DNA from: Okamejei kenojei
Taxonomy: Eukaryota
Reading direction: 5' to 3'
Assembly: GCA_035221665.1 (NCBI GenBank)
Contig: CM069140.1
Coordinates: 14,632,001 to 14,696,000, forward strand
Length of the DNA: 64,000 bases
The position numbers and the translations under genes were made by a program. Positions 38,960-50,879 of this stretch are shown here, piece by piece (the first letter of the stretch is position 1; each line of letters begins with the position of its first letter). The notes beneath the pieces were generated by a model. The model did not search any database and had not been told where the DNA came from. It saw nothing but the letters and a program-made list of their open reading frames with translations.

Positions 38960-40330
38960 AGACAATAGGTGCAGGAGTAGTCCATTCTGCCCTTCGAACC
39001 AGCACCACCATTCACTGTGCTCATGGCTGATCATCCACATTCAGTACCCTGTTCCTGCTTTCTCCCCATATCCCTTGACTCCGCTATCTTTAAGAGCTAT
39101 CTAACTCTCTCTTGAAAGCATCCAGAGAATTGGCCACCACTGCCTTCTGAGGCAGAGAATGCCACAGATTCACAACTCTCTGGGTGAAAACGTTTTTCCT
39201 CATCTCCGTTCTAAACGGCCTACCCCTTATTCTTAAACTGTGGCCCCTGGTTCTGGACTCCCCCAACATCGGGAACATGTTTCCTGCCTCCAAGTGTGTC
39301 CAATCCCTTAATAATCTTATATGTTTCAATAAGATCCCCTCTCATCCTTCTAAACTCCAGAGTATACAAGCCCAGCAGCTCCATTCTATCAAAATATTAC
39401 AGTCCCGCCATCCCGGGAATTAACCTTGTGAGCCTACGCTGCACTCCCTCAATAGCAAGAATGTTCTTCCTCAAATTTGGAGACCAAAACTGCACACAAT
39501 ACTCCAGGTGTGGTCTCACTAGGGCCCAGTACAACTGCAGAAGGACCTCTTTGCTCCTATACTCCACTCCTCTTGTTATGAAGGCCAACATGCCATTAGC
39601 TTTCTTCACTGCCTGCTGTACCTGCATGCTTACTTTCAGTGACTGATGAACAAGGACCCCCAGAAGTTGTTGTAGTACATCCCCTTTTCCCAACTAATCT
39701 GCCTTCCTGTTTTTGCTACCAAAGTGGATAACCTCACATTTAACCACATTAAACTGCATCTGCCCACTCACCCAGCTTTGTGTCATCTGCAAATTTGCTA
39801 ATGTTACTTTGAATCCCTTCAGCTAAATCATTAATGTATATTGTAAATAGCAGCGGTCCCAGCACCGAGCCTTACGGTACCCCACCAGTCACTGCCTGCC
39901 ATTCTGAAAGGGACCCGTTAATCCCTACTCTTTGCTTCCTGTCTGCCAACCAATTTTCCATCCATGTCAGTACCCTACCCCCAATACCATGTGCTCTAAT
40001 TTTGCCCATTAATCTCCTATGTAGTACCTTATCAAATGCTTTCTGAAAGTCCAGGTACACTGAATCCACTGGCTCTCCCTTGTCCATTTTCCTAGTTACA
40101 TCCTTAAAAAAATCCAGAAGATTAGTCAAGGATGATTTCCCCTTCGTAAATCCATGCTGACTCGGACCGATCCTGTTTACTGCTATCCAAATGTGCCGCT
40201 ATTTCATCTTTTATAATTGACTCCAGCATCTTCCCCATCACTGGTGTCAGGCTAACTGGTCCATAACTCCCTGTTTTCTCTCTCCCACCTTTCTTAAAAG
40301 AGGGATAACATTAGCTACCCTGTAATCCAC
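38960..40330 (-). mobile_element. CR1-clade LINE, 5'-truncated and degenerate
   Basis: YLDFQKAFDKV, LVRPHLEYCVQFWSP and ESRTRGHSLRIRG, with 3' tail near 38960. Confidence 0.92.
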
Positions 40331-41317
40331 AGGATTGATACATTCCCCAAAATCTTCACAATGTTTTTATCCAGTTTGTCTTAGATTTAATAGTTTGCTC
40401 TCTAATTCATAGCCAAATACACGACTTAAAATAATGTCTTGGTGGCCAAGAATATCTGGAGATCTATAACATAAAGCAGGACTGGAGTGGGCAAATGGGA
40501 CCAGCATAGTTGGGGCATCTTGGTCGATATGGTCAAATTGGGCCGAAGGGCCTGTTGCCGTGTTGTATGCTCTATGACTGTGAGTACTACATTAGAGGGT
40601 AATACCAAGGAATTGGTTGAGGCAGGTACTACAAGGGCATCTAAAAGACCCTTGGGATATGGGCCAAACACGGGCAAATGGGACTGGCTTAGATCGGGCA
40701 TGTTGGTCAACGTGGAGGGATTGGGCTGAAGGGCCTGCTTCAGCCAAGCTAAACTAATCTCTACATGTTCAAGATCCATATTCCCCCATTCCCCGTATAT
40801 CCCATGTGAATATCTAAAAGCCTCAAATGCCACTTTTGTATCTGTTCCCACCATTAGGCTCCACATTTTCAGGGGGACTTCCCGGGGGGGGGGTGGATTT
40901 TTAATCCAGATTACAATGGTGGGTGGGAGGATCCACCAGTTGCCAGAAAATTGCTGGTGAGCCTGCACTTCCATCAGGTCTCTTCAGCAACTCCAGCGTT
41001 TCAGAGAAAACTATCCAAGGAGCAGCCGCACCTGTCTGGACAACAGTGTCAACAGTGTCAGTGGTTCTGCCAACAACCTCTGGTCCCCGCACTTCCACTT
41101 CCAGAACACGTTCCTGCAACAATGGCAACATTCACCAAACAAGTTCTCCACTCCATTATTCATCCACTCGTCAAAGAAAGCCTGCAATATAAGTACATTC
41201 TGCACAACGAGTTCGTCAGGGACAGTTTGGTGATTGCCGTTTAAAGCTCGGTAGCTTGTAGATGTAAACCTTCAACGTTCCAGTACTGTCTTCATGTTAG
41301 TGTTGGTTCCTTTACAG

Positions 41318-41370
41318 CAGTGAATGTAACAGACTCTACACCTACAACGAATGCTGCTAACACATCAACA
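41318..41370 (+). CDS. Nested CRB3-like unit, coding exon 2 (short Ser/Thr-rich glycosylated stalk)
   Basis: ttcctttacag|CA to ACA|gtaagt (consensus donor); 53 nt, phase 1/0. (A)VNVTDSTPTTNAANTST with NVT and NTS sequons. Bridges the flanking exons in frame. Confidence 0.75.
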
Positions 41371-41482
41371 GTAAGTTGATAGATTTCAATTGACCTAATC
41401 TTAATATGGACGGTGGGTTCAGCCTAAGTCTGCTTCTAAGGAACACTCTGCAGAGGATTGAGTTAAAAACTGTTTCGGGTTA

Positions 41483-42303
41483 TGTCCCCTGTCCCACTTA
41501 GGAAATCTGAACGGAAACCTCTGGAGACCTTGCCAAAGGTTTCCGTGAGGTTCCCGGAGGTTCCGGTCACTCTCCGTAATGGCGGAAAGTGGTTTCCGCG
41601 TAGTCGAGGCTTCTTCTATGTTTCTGCGATTATTTAAAAAAAAACGAAGCCAGCCTCGACTAAAAATAGGTTGCCGTTTGGCCGAAGCCAGTGGAGTGGG
41701 GTTGCTATTTACTTACAGGCAGTCGAAGGCAGTCTCCTTCGCTGATCGGCCATTTTGATAGGTTCATTGGATTTTTCGGCAAATGTCGGCTCTTTGGTTT
41801 TCAGGACCTAGAAAATCCGCCGGAAGATAAAATGCCCGTTAACTTTATTAAACTTCTTAAAACTGTCTCCGCTCCTTCTCCCCCCCCCCCCCATTCTCTC
41901 CCCTTCTCTCTCCCCTTCTCCCCCTTTCTCTCTCCCCTTCTCTCTCTCTTTCCCTGTCCTTCTCTCCCCTTCTCTCCCTCCCTCTCTCTAAGGGACTTAC
42001 CGTGCTCTGTGGCAGCCGTTTACCTTCCTCTTCATCGCGCAGACAGCGCTCCTCCGCTGTCCCTGGCCCCCACCTTCGCGATGTGTTTGTTTGTGTGCGT
42101 GTGCGGCCGGTAGCAAAGATCCTGTAGGATCTTTGATCAGTAGATGCAGCTCACACTTCGGTCGAGGCTTTCCAGACAAGTGACCAAAACCTCTGGTGAC
42201 TCCTGGAGAGTGGCCGGAACCTCCAGGAACTTCACGGAAACCTTTGGTGGGGCGCAAGGTCTCCAGAGGTGTCTGATCAGGTTTCCTAAGTGGGACAGGG
42301 ACA
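41483..42303. mobile_element. Non-autonomous DNA transposon with ~90-bp imperfect TIRs
   Basis: tgtcccctgtcccacttaggaaa...cactctcc at left and ggagagtg...tttcctaagtgggacagggaca at right. Flanked by (t)ta and ta(a). Confidence 0.75.
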
Positions 42304-44334
42304 TAACAATGCAGGTTTCAGTCCAACTCTGCTTTTACGGAACAGTTCGTAAAGGACTGAGATAAAAACTGTTTGGGTATGCCAACTGATCTTCCAATTG
42401 TCAGTCAGAAGATACCATAAGATTAATGCAGTTTAAGAAGCTTTATGAATTGAAATGAAGGCAAATTAATGCAATGAAATGCAGCACCCAGCTACTGTGT
42501 GCATGCGTGCATGCCATTTAAGAGGAACTCCATTTCAGTTTTGAAGCCTTCCTTGCTTTTGTTGTGGAAATACTTCTGATATAGAAGGGCACCATGTTCA
42601 TAACAAGTCTTGAATTAGATAACAAAAATATTACTTTGTTTTGCATGAAGTATTACAACAGGATTTAATGTGGAACAATGTTTGGGTCAATGTTTCGAAC
42701 ATTTGGCCTATCAGGTCTACTCTGCCATTCAATGATGGCTGGTCTATCTTTCACTCTCATTCTCCCCGTAACCCCTGACACCGGTGCTAATCAAATGCTT
42801 CAAATCAGACGCATAAAGATAAGGGAGTTAAACAGGCATGATGTAAACTGCAGCACATTTGTAACTCTATTGCTACTGGTCAGGACTCAACTTGCAGCTT
42901 CAGTTCATCCTTAATCTTCAGTTACGCCCGAATATACAGTTCCATGGAAAGTGTCTGAAATTGTGCCTTCAGCAGGCAATGTGCGGCGGCTGGAGTTCGG
43001 ACAGATCCACGTGAGATCACAGTCTCCCTGAGGTGACAACACTGGCCACATTTAGAGTATTGCGTGCAGGGCTGATCTTAAAGTCTTAAGTCTGGTTGCC
43101 CCATCATAGGAAGGATGTGGCAGCTTTGCAAAGGGTGCAGAACAGATTTATCAGAATGATGAAACAAAGAAATGCAGATGCTGGTTTATACCAAAGATAG
43201 GCACAAAGTGCTGGAGTAACTCAATGGGCCGGGCAGCATCTCTGGAGATAAAGGTTAATGTTTCGGGACGGGACTTTTATTCAAACCCTTCTTCTGTCTG
43301 AAGAGAGGTCCTGACCCGAAGCGTCTCCAGCACTTGTGTCTATCTATGGTATTTACCAGAATGATGCGAGGATTAGAGGGTGTTAGTTATAAGGAGAGGT
43401 TGGATTGTTTTCTCTGGAACACTGAAGGTTGAGGGGAGACCTGATAGAAATATATAAAATTATGAGAGGCATAGACAGGGTAGACACTCAGAACCTTTTT
43501 GTCAAAGGCCAAGGAACATAGCTTTAAGGTGAGAGGAGCAAAGTTGAAAGGAGATGTGTGGGGAAAGTGTATTTTTACACAGGGGGTGATGGGTGCCTGG
43601 TACATGCTGCCATGGGTGGTGGTGGAGGCAGGTACAATAGTGGCAGATAAGAAACGTTTGGACAGGAACAAGGATATGCAGGGAATGGAAGCGTCTGGAT
43701 CACGTGCAGCCAGATGAAATTAGTTTAACTTGGTATCACGATCGGCACATATATTATGGGGTGAAAAGCCTGCTCCTGTGCTGAAAAGATGTAAAAAGAT
43801 TATATAGGTTTAGGTTTATTATTGTCACATGCACCTTTGTACAGTGAAAAGCTTTGTTTTGCTTGCTATCCAAATAGGTCAGATAATACTATCTATAAAT
43901 ACAATCAAATCAAACTCGAGTATAATAAATAGAGCGAAGAGGAAGACGTGTTTTAATGTGCGGGGAAGTTGATTGTATCTCTAAAAGTTCTTAAGTTTCT
44001 AAAAGTAAATATGTATCCAAATAATAAGTGGAACATTTGAGCTAATAGGATTCAGCATTGAAGACAGTTTTTTAGCTCATCGAATATGTGCTCCATGTCC
44101 AAAAGAGCATTCCTATTAGTCCTAATTCCCCATATCCTTGCAAATATTTCCTTTTCAAGCATATAGCAATTTTCTTTTTGAAAATTATTTCTGAATCTGC
44201 TTCCACCACTCTTCAATGTAGCGCAATCCAGAACACGAATATGTTTTTGAATTAGAGAAACCAGTTTGGGCTTTTGGTACACAAAATGTTTGTGAGGGGC
44301 TCTCTAATTGTAAAAATGTGGATTGTTTTCACAG

Positions 44335-44559
44335 GCAACCCCCCCGCCAGCTAGCAGAGTTAACATTGCAGCCATAGTGGCTCCCTGTGTCATTGGTGGG
44401 GTGATCGTTTTAGCTATCATTCTGACTGTTCTAATCTTGAAGCTACGCGAGAAGCGTCAGACTGAAGGGAACTACAGCCCAAGCAACCAGGAGCAGACTG
44501 GATCCCGGATGGAGATGAACAACGCCCTAAAACTCCCACCCGAGGAACGTCTGATCTGA
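44335..44559 (+). CDS. CRB3/CRB2-type transmembrane and cytoplasmic terminal exon (FERM-binding motif, ERLI PDZ motif)
   Basis: Branch point ctctaat then gttttcacag|GCA, phase 0. [74 protein letters not shown]. Confidence 0.9.
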   Translation, partial: ATPPPASRVNIAAIVAPCVIGGVIVLAIILTVLILKLREKRQTEGNYSPSNQEQTGSRMEMNNALKLPPEERLI

Positions 44560-44746
44560 TGTGTTCAACTTAGGGGTCAATGTTGGAAGAAGTCAACAGA
44601 CCCCAGGTATTCCTTGTGCTACCCAACAATTTGGGATTAAAGAAAAACTGTGAAGCTCTGTGCATTTCTTTAAACCAAGGCAACTTCCAAAACGAACCCC
44701 CAACGCGGGTCGTCCATAAATGTGTAACTGTTTTGACTCTTAGCAG

Positions 44747-44962
44747 GATGTTGGTGCTTGGAGCTCAGAGATTGTGCCCTACACAGGGCTGGTCGTCGCC
44801 ATGCTGTCGCTGACCCTGTTTCTCGTCCTCGCCGCCACCGTCCTCGCCCTGAGCAGGAGAGCAACGCACGGAGCCTACAGTCCGAGCCGGCAGGAGAAAG
44901 AAGGGTCACGTGCGGAGATGTGGAACTTGGTGCCACCACCACAGGTGGAAAGGCTTATCTGA
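44747..44962 (+). CDS. CRB1: CRB1 canonical terminal exon 12 (TM and cytoplasmic tail, ERLI)
   Basis: tagcag|GAT, phase 0 (alternative AG at 44743). DVGAWSSEIVPYTGLVVAMLSLTLFLVLAATVLALSRRATHGAYSPSRQEKEGSRAEMWNLVPPPQVERLI*. The SRQEKEGSRxEMWNL string is diagnostic of CRB1. Confidence 0.93.
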   Translation, partial: DVGAWSSEIVPYTGLVVAMLSLTLFLVLAATVLALSRRATHGAYSPSRQEKEGSRAEMWNLVPPPQVERLI

Positions 44963-46724
44963 GGGGGCCTTGGCCAACACGTCCCACGGTTTGTTGGCAC
45001 ATCACTGCCCATGCCTAGGCTGAGCACCATCCCTTGCTGCGTCCCACAAATACTGCTTTAACAGGTATTGAACACTTGCCTTGCATTCACTCAAGTGGGT
45101 CACACCAGCCAAGCCCACCTTTATTACTAATATCCAACAGCCCCTTAGATGGTGCTGGTGAACTGTCTTCTTAAACCCTGAGCAGTCAACACAGTGATAA
45201 TACCCTCACAGTGCAGTTAAATGGGAGGTTAAATGGGGCAAAACTGTGGCGTGGAGTTCGAGCTGCTGCCTCACAATGCCAGAGCCCTGGGTTTGATCTT
45301 AACTCTGGGATGCTGCCTGTATGGAGTTTGTACATTCTCCCTGTGACCTTATGGGTTTCCTCCAATGCTCTGGTTTCCTCCCACATCTCAAAGCCATACA
45401 GGTTTGCAAGTTAATTGGCTACTGTTCCAGCTTCGATCAAATTTAATCTGTCTATTGCCCAAATACTTAAGAACACTCAGAGCTATAGTAACTCAGCAGG
45501 TCAGGCAGCATCTCTAGAGAACATGGATCAGCGATTTTTCAGGCCGGGACCCTTCTTAGCTATGCTTGAAGAAATGTCCTGACCCAAAATGTTATCTATG
45601 TGTGTGTTTTGTTGTAAACCAGCATCTGCAAATCCTTGTGTCTACTTAAAAATACTATTAATAATTGCTCTTCCTTTCCACAAAGCTGTCGACAGAAATT
45701 AGATCACAATGCTAATATGTAAGTTATGTGAATACAGAATGTACACAAATACAGGAATAAGCTATGAAATTGGACGGTTCAGCCAAGGCAAAATGTTTGC
45801 GTACCGATAACTCGTAACTTAGGGGTGCCTCTAAGTTATGAAAGAGCAAATCGCAAACTGCTGGAGGAACTTGCTGGGTCTGGCAACATCTGTCAATGGA
45901 ATGAACGGGCGACATTTCAGGTCGGGACCCTTCCTCTAACCAATGAAGTTGGATTCCAACCCAAAAAGTCGTCAGTCTATTCCCTGCACAGATTACCTCC
46001 ACAGATACTGCCTGACCTGCTGAGTTCCTCCAGCACATTGCATTTTTCTCAAGATTCCAGCATCTGCAGTACCTTGTGGCTCAGCTGTTAAGAAGGAATA
46101 AGATGGTCAGAAATGGAGCTTCCAATTCCTCCATGTGGAGTAGAATTGAATCTAAGGCATTTAAGCTGGGGAAGATGCTAAAACTGTTAGCATTTCTGTG
46201 GTTACAGAAACTTGGAGGTTTTGTGCTACAGCAGAGATTTTCAGTGTAACTTGCCCAAGACCAGTCAAACCAGAGGCAAACTATGACAGAATTATGTTAT
46301 GGTTAGTGCAATTTGTTCCTGTGATTTTTTAAATTGTTTTAAAATTAAGATGGAAGATGGGAGATTATAGTTCTGCCAACAAGCATTAACTTGAGTGTAA
46401 ACATGAGAAAGTTAAAATCTCAATCCTGTTACTATACAATACAATACCGTTTATTGTCATTTGAACCTCATTGAGGTTCAAACGAAATTTGGTTTCTGCA
46501 GTCGTACAAACAAGAAAAGAACCAAGACACAACGCAATTGACACAAACATCCACCACAGTGAATCTCCTCCTCACTGTATTTCAGCTGGACAGGGTGGTC
46601 ACTTTTCTGTGTTTTTTGTCATTGTTCCAGGTTCAGATTCTTTCCAGAGTCTCTCTCAGTGCCCAGTCACAGTTCTGGGTGCTTTCAACACCAGCAGCAG
46701 ACACCTCAGCCCTCTGGAAGAGAG

Positions 46725-46834
46725 AGTGTGTGCATGTGTGCTTGCAAACCTGTGTGTGCAGCGCCTGACTGTGTCTGTGTTTGTGAGTCTGTGTCTAAGT
46801 GTGAGTCTATGAGTGTGAGATGTGGTGCTGTGTG

Positions 46835-46867
<33 letters not shown>

Positions 46868-46915
46868 CTGAATGCGTGTGTCTGTGCCTGAGTGTGTGAG
46901 TGTGTGTCTGTGTAC
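46725..46915. repeat. Degenerate (GT)n microsatellite
   Basis: tgtgtg tracts. Confidence 0.85.
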
Positions 46916-49561
46916 CTGTAAAGCTGGGTGCAGGCTGAAATGTGGATGGATGTTGAAGCTACCACTTTTCCTGCCAAGTGGTTCTGAATTAAAATTAGTT
47001 ATAAAATCAGTAGAAACATTGGCTAAATGTTTGTATAACTACTACAAGTGTCGCAAAGCACAGACATATATAACATTTTTGGATCTGATGACACGAGCCA
47101 TTGTCCCAGATATATAAATGAGCCACTAGTTTCAAATGAATTCCATGATGGAATCAAGCTGAGTAGTAGCTCAACCTCACGGCCACACTAACAGAATGGT
47201 CACCCCATCACATGTCCCTCTTTTCAAGCACTCGTGAGAAACTGAAATTTGTTTTCACGTATTGGGACAGGTCATTAGAATTGTTGAATGGAATGAGATT
47301 TCGGCCCGAAACGTTGCCTATTTCCTTCGCTCCATAGATGCTGGTGCACCCGCTGAGTTTCTCCAGCACTTTTGTCTACCTGAAATTAATAGTCGCAGGT
47401 TAACCCTCTGATCTCCTTCTTCGCTGTACAAATATTTCAAATCGAATGCAAGTTCAAAGTAGCACAATGAATTAATGCACAATCAATTGATTATTTTGTA
47501 AGGCTCAACAAGTAAAGTATTATGTGGCAGAATTGCAAAAACAAAAAGCATCTAAACCGTGGTTATCATTCTTCAATATTTTCTGAATTTTGATTTGTTA
47601 CGATGCACAGCATGGGAAAAGTTACTGTCAGAGTTAAACGTCAAGTCCCCACAGAGATTCTGTCACCAGCAATGGTCACTGGGAGTAAATAGCAGAAGTG
47701 TAAGAAAGATCTGCAGCTGCTGGTTTATACTGAAGATAGCCGGCTCAATATGCATACACTTAGAATGTCAATGGACTTGTTTTTAGTTGGGATTAATTCC
47801 AAATGTACATGTTTGTTTAAGATGATTGAGAAGGCTTTGGTGCGGATGGTATAATTAAAAATTAAGATAAATTATATACAGGGTTTCTAGCAGTTAACTA
47901 GACACAGAACAGACAATTCAATCCAACAGATCTACACTCCCTCATTGGTCTTACCCTCACAACATGCCTCTTTTATTTCTCCATACATCAATGTGCCTCA
48001 TTTCAATCTGGCCGCAAATTCCACAGTCTCACTTTTAAAATAAAGACATTTCCCTTGAATTAGAGTCCTAGAGTGATACAGCATGGTAACAAGCCCTTTG
48101 GCCCAACTTGTCCATCTTGACCAACATGCCCCATCTCCACAAGTCCCACCTTCCTGCGTTTGGCACATATCCCTCTAATCCTATCCTATCGATGTACCTG
48201 TCTAAATATTTCTGAAAGGTTGCGATAGTACCTGCCTCAACTACCTCCTCCAGCACCTTGTTCCATACACCCACCATCCTCTGTGTAAAAAGGTTACCCC
48301 TCAGGTTCCCATTAAATCTCCCCCCCCCCCCACCTTAAATCCTCTGGTTCCCGATTCCCCAACTCTGGGGAAGAAACTGTGCATTTATCCGATCTATTCC
48401 TCATTCTTATTCCTCAGTAAATTCTTAGGTGAATGTGTTACAGTATGTTAAGTTCCACAGGTTTTGGACTGGTCAGAAATTGAAATACCATTATACTGAA
48501 GACTATTATATTTTTTAAATGCACTCTCTGTGCACTTGTCTCCCACTTTTCCCTTTTCACAACAAGTATGTCCTCTCTGTTCATCCCTTCTGGTAGCGAC
48601 ATCCTCCAATATTTTAGGTCAACCTGATGAAGCCCGCTTGTAGGGACAGGCTGAAGAAGACACAGAGTGCTGGTGTAACTCTGTGGGTCAGGCAGCATCT
48701 GTGGAGAACATGGATAGGTGGCGTTTCGGATCAGGACATTTCTTCAGACTGAAGAAGGGTCTCGACACAAAACATTGCCGATCCATGTACTCCAGGCATG
48801 CTGCCTGACCCACTGAGGTCCTCCAGAACTCTGTGTCTTTTTTTGTAAACCACCATCTGCAGTTCCTTGTTTCTACAAAAGGACGAGCTGTCAGGTTATC
48901 AGGGCAAAATAATTTGAAAGTTCAAGACCTCAATGTACATTGTGATCATAGAAACATAGAAAATAGGTGCAGGAGTAGGCCATTCGGCCCTTCGAGCCAG
49001 CACCACCATTTAATATGATCATGGCTGATCATCCAAAATCAGTACCCCGTTTGTGCTTTCTCCCCATATCCCTTGATTCCCTTAACCCTGAGCTCTATCG
49101 AACTCTTTCTTGAAAACGTCCAGTGAATTGGTCTCCACTGCCTTCTGTGGCAGAGAATTCCACAGATGCACAACTCACTGGGTGAAAACGTTTTTCCTCA
49201 TCTCAGTCTTAAATGGCCTGCCCCTTATTCTTAAACTGTGACTCCTGGTTCTGGACTCCCCCAACATCGGGAACATTTTTCCTGCATCTAGCCTGTCCAA
49301 TCTCTTAAGAATTTTATATGTGATAATCAATTTTGTATCAATTGACACCAGAAGGAAATCCAGATGTTCAGCTTCACTGAGTGCCAATTGTCTTGAGAGT
49401 TTTGTTTGTAATATGTCTGCAACAAATGTGCCGAAACGATACTGTACATTACATATTTTAGAAAGCTGTTTCAACTTTGGATTTGATTTGATTTTTAAAA
49501 CAAAATGTAGAGCATTTTTGGATGTAGATATTTGATGTTTAGAGCAATTTAAATGACTGTA

Positions 49562-49615
49562 AATAAATTGTGAATCAGAATAAACTGTTTCTCCAGTGAA
49601 TGTTTTTCGTTGCTC
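49562..49615 (+). terminator. Candidate polyadenylation signals for CRB1/CRB3-like transcripts
   Basis: Two AATAAA hexamers (about 49562 and 49578) followed by a GT/T-rich tract, at the end of an AT-rich non-repeat stretch. Confidence 0.35.
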
Positions 49616-50879
49616 ACTGCCTTATTTTCCAATGCTTTAAGAGAACTGTTTGAACAAACTGACTCACACTTTAACAGCTTATTGCTACAAGTAATTAAAT
49701 GCCTAAATCACAGCTGACTTGTCACAAAAATATTAACGTGCAACTATTTCATTGGGTGGTGTGCTCCTGTTTTAGTTTGTGAAGATTTGTTTGGTGATAT
49801 TAACTGTATCTTTAACCGATGGCTTGGTGTGTTTTGTTTCCAAGGCTTGGGAGGTGATACAAGCTGAAGACCAAATGCAGGTTCCTATTCACACAGAACT
49901 TGTTTGACAGCTAAGTCATCGAGCTCCAGATAAATAAATATGGTTGTGTTTCTTATTTTTATATAATTGCATCTTTATTCTAAAGCACTCCACCCACCTG
50001 ATTAAAGAGTTCTCCGCGTGTGCTCTGTGACTTGCTGCTGTACAAAGGCAATACAGTGTAGATACATTTGCTCATTCAATTGTGTGCACGCATTAGGCTG
50101 TTCCCGTCCTGCATGGGGATACTTGAGTCCTGCAGAGAACAGTGAACATAGAAAGTAGCACCTAGGAACAGGCCCTTCAGCCCACAATGTCCCTGCTGCC
50201 AGGTTAAACTCATCTCCTCCGCCTGCATCTGATCCATAAGCCTCCAAGGCAGTTGCTGTAGGTACTAAAACACATTTAAAAGACATTCGGACAGGTACAT
50301 GGATAGGAAAGGTTTAGAGGGATAAACCAAATACAGACAAATGCGATGAGCTTAGATTGGTCATCATGGTAGGCATGGATGAGTTGGGCTGAAGGGCCTG
50401 TTTCCGTGCTGTAACTCCAATAAGCAAAGTGAAATTACTTCATAGGTGAACAACCACCTACGCATTTAAATTATATATCACCTGCACAGTTTGCAGCTTA
50501 AAGCTGCAATACACTTTTCCTTTAACTGGACTTTATTTGGAATTTACAGGATCTTGCACGAGGTATCCTCTATCCTGTATCTGTACACTGTGGGCAGCTC
50601 GATTGTAAACAAATATAGTATTTTCGCTAAGATAGACACAAAAAGCTGAAGAAGGGTCTCGACCCAAAACGTCACCTATTCCTTCGCTCCATAGATGCTG
50701 CCTCACCCGCTGCGTTTCTCCAGCATTTTTGTCTACCTTCACAAAAAGCTCAGTGGGTCAGGCAGCATCTCTGGAGAAAAGGAATCGGCGTGAATGAATC
50801 TCTGTAGTTGAGAAGTATAGCTGCTACATTTATCGACAGCCATCACTCTGGCTGAACACATGCCTCAGCAACAGTAGAC

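Noticed and set aside
44480-44500. CRB3B-type (CLPI) internal splice in the CRB3-like exon
   Set aside because: The equivalent position reads GAG CAG ACT, with no GT donor.
1443-44559. Calling the long gene CRB2 because the first ERLI exon is CRB2/3-like
   Set aside because: Exon sizes, the B-type read-through, the SRQEKEGSRAEMWNL tail and the DENND1B neighbour all indicate CRB1.
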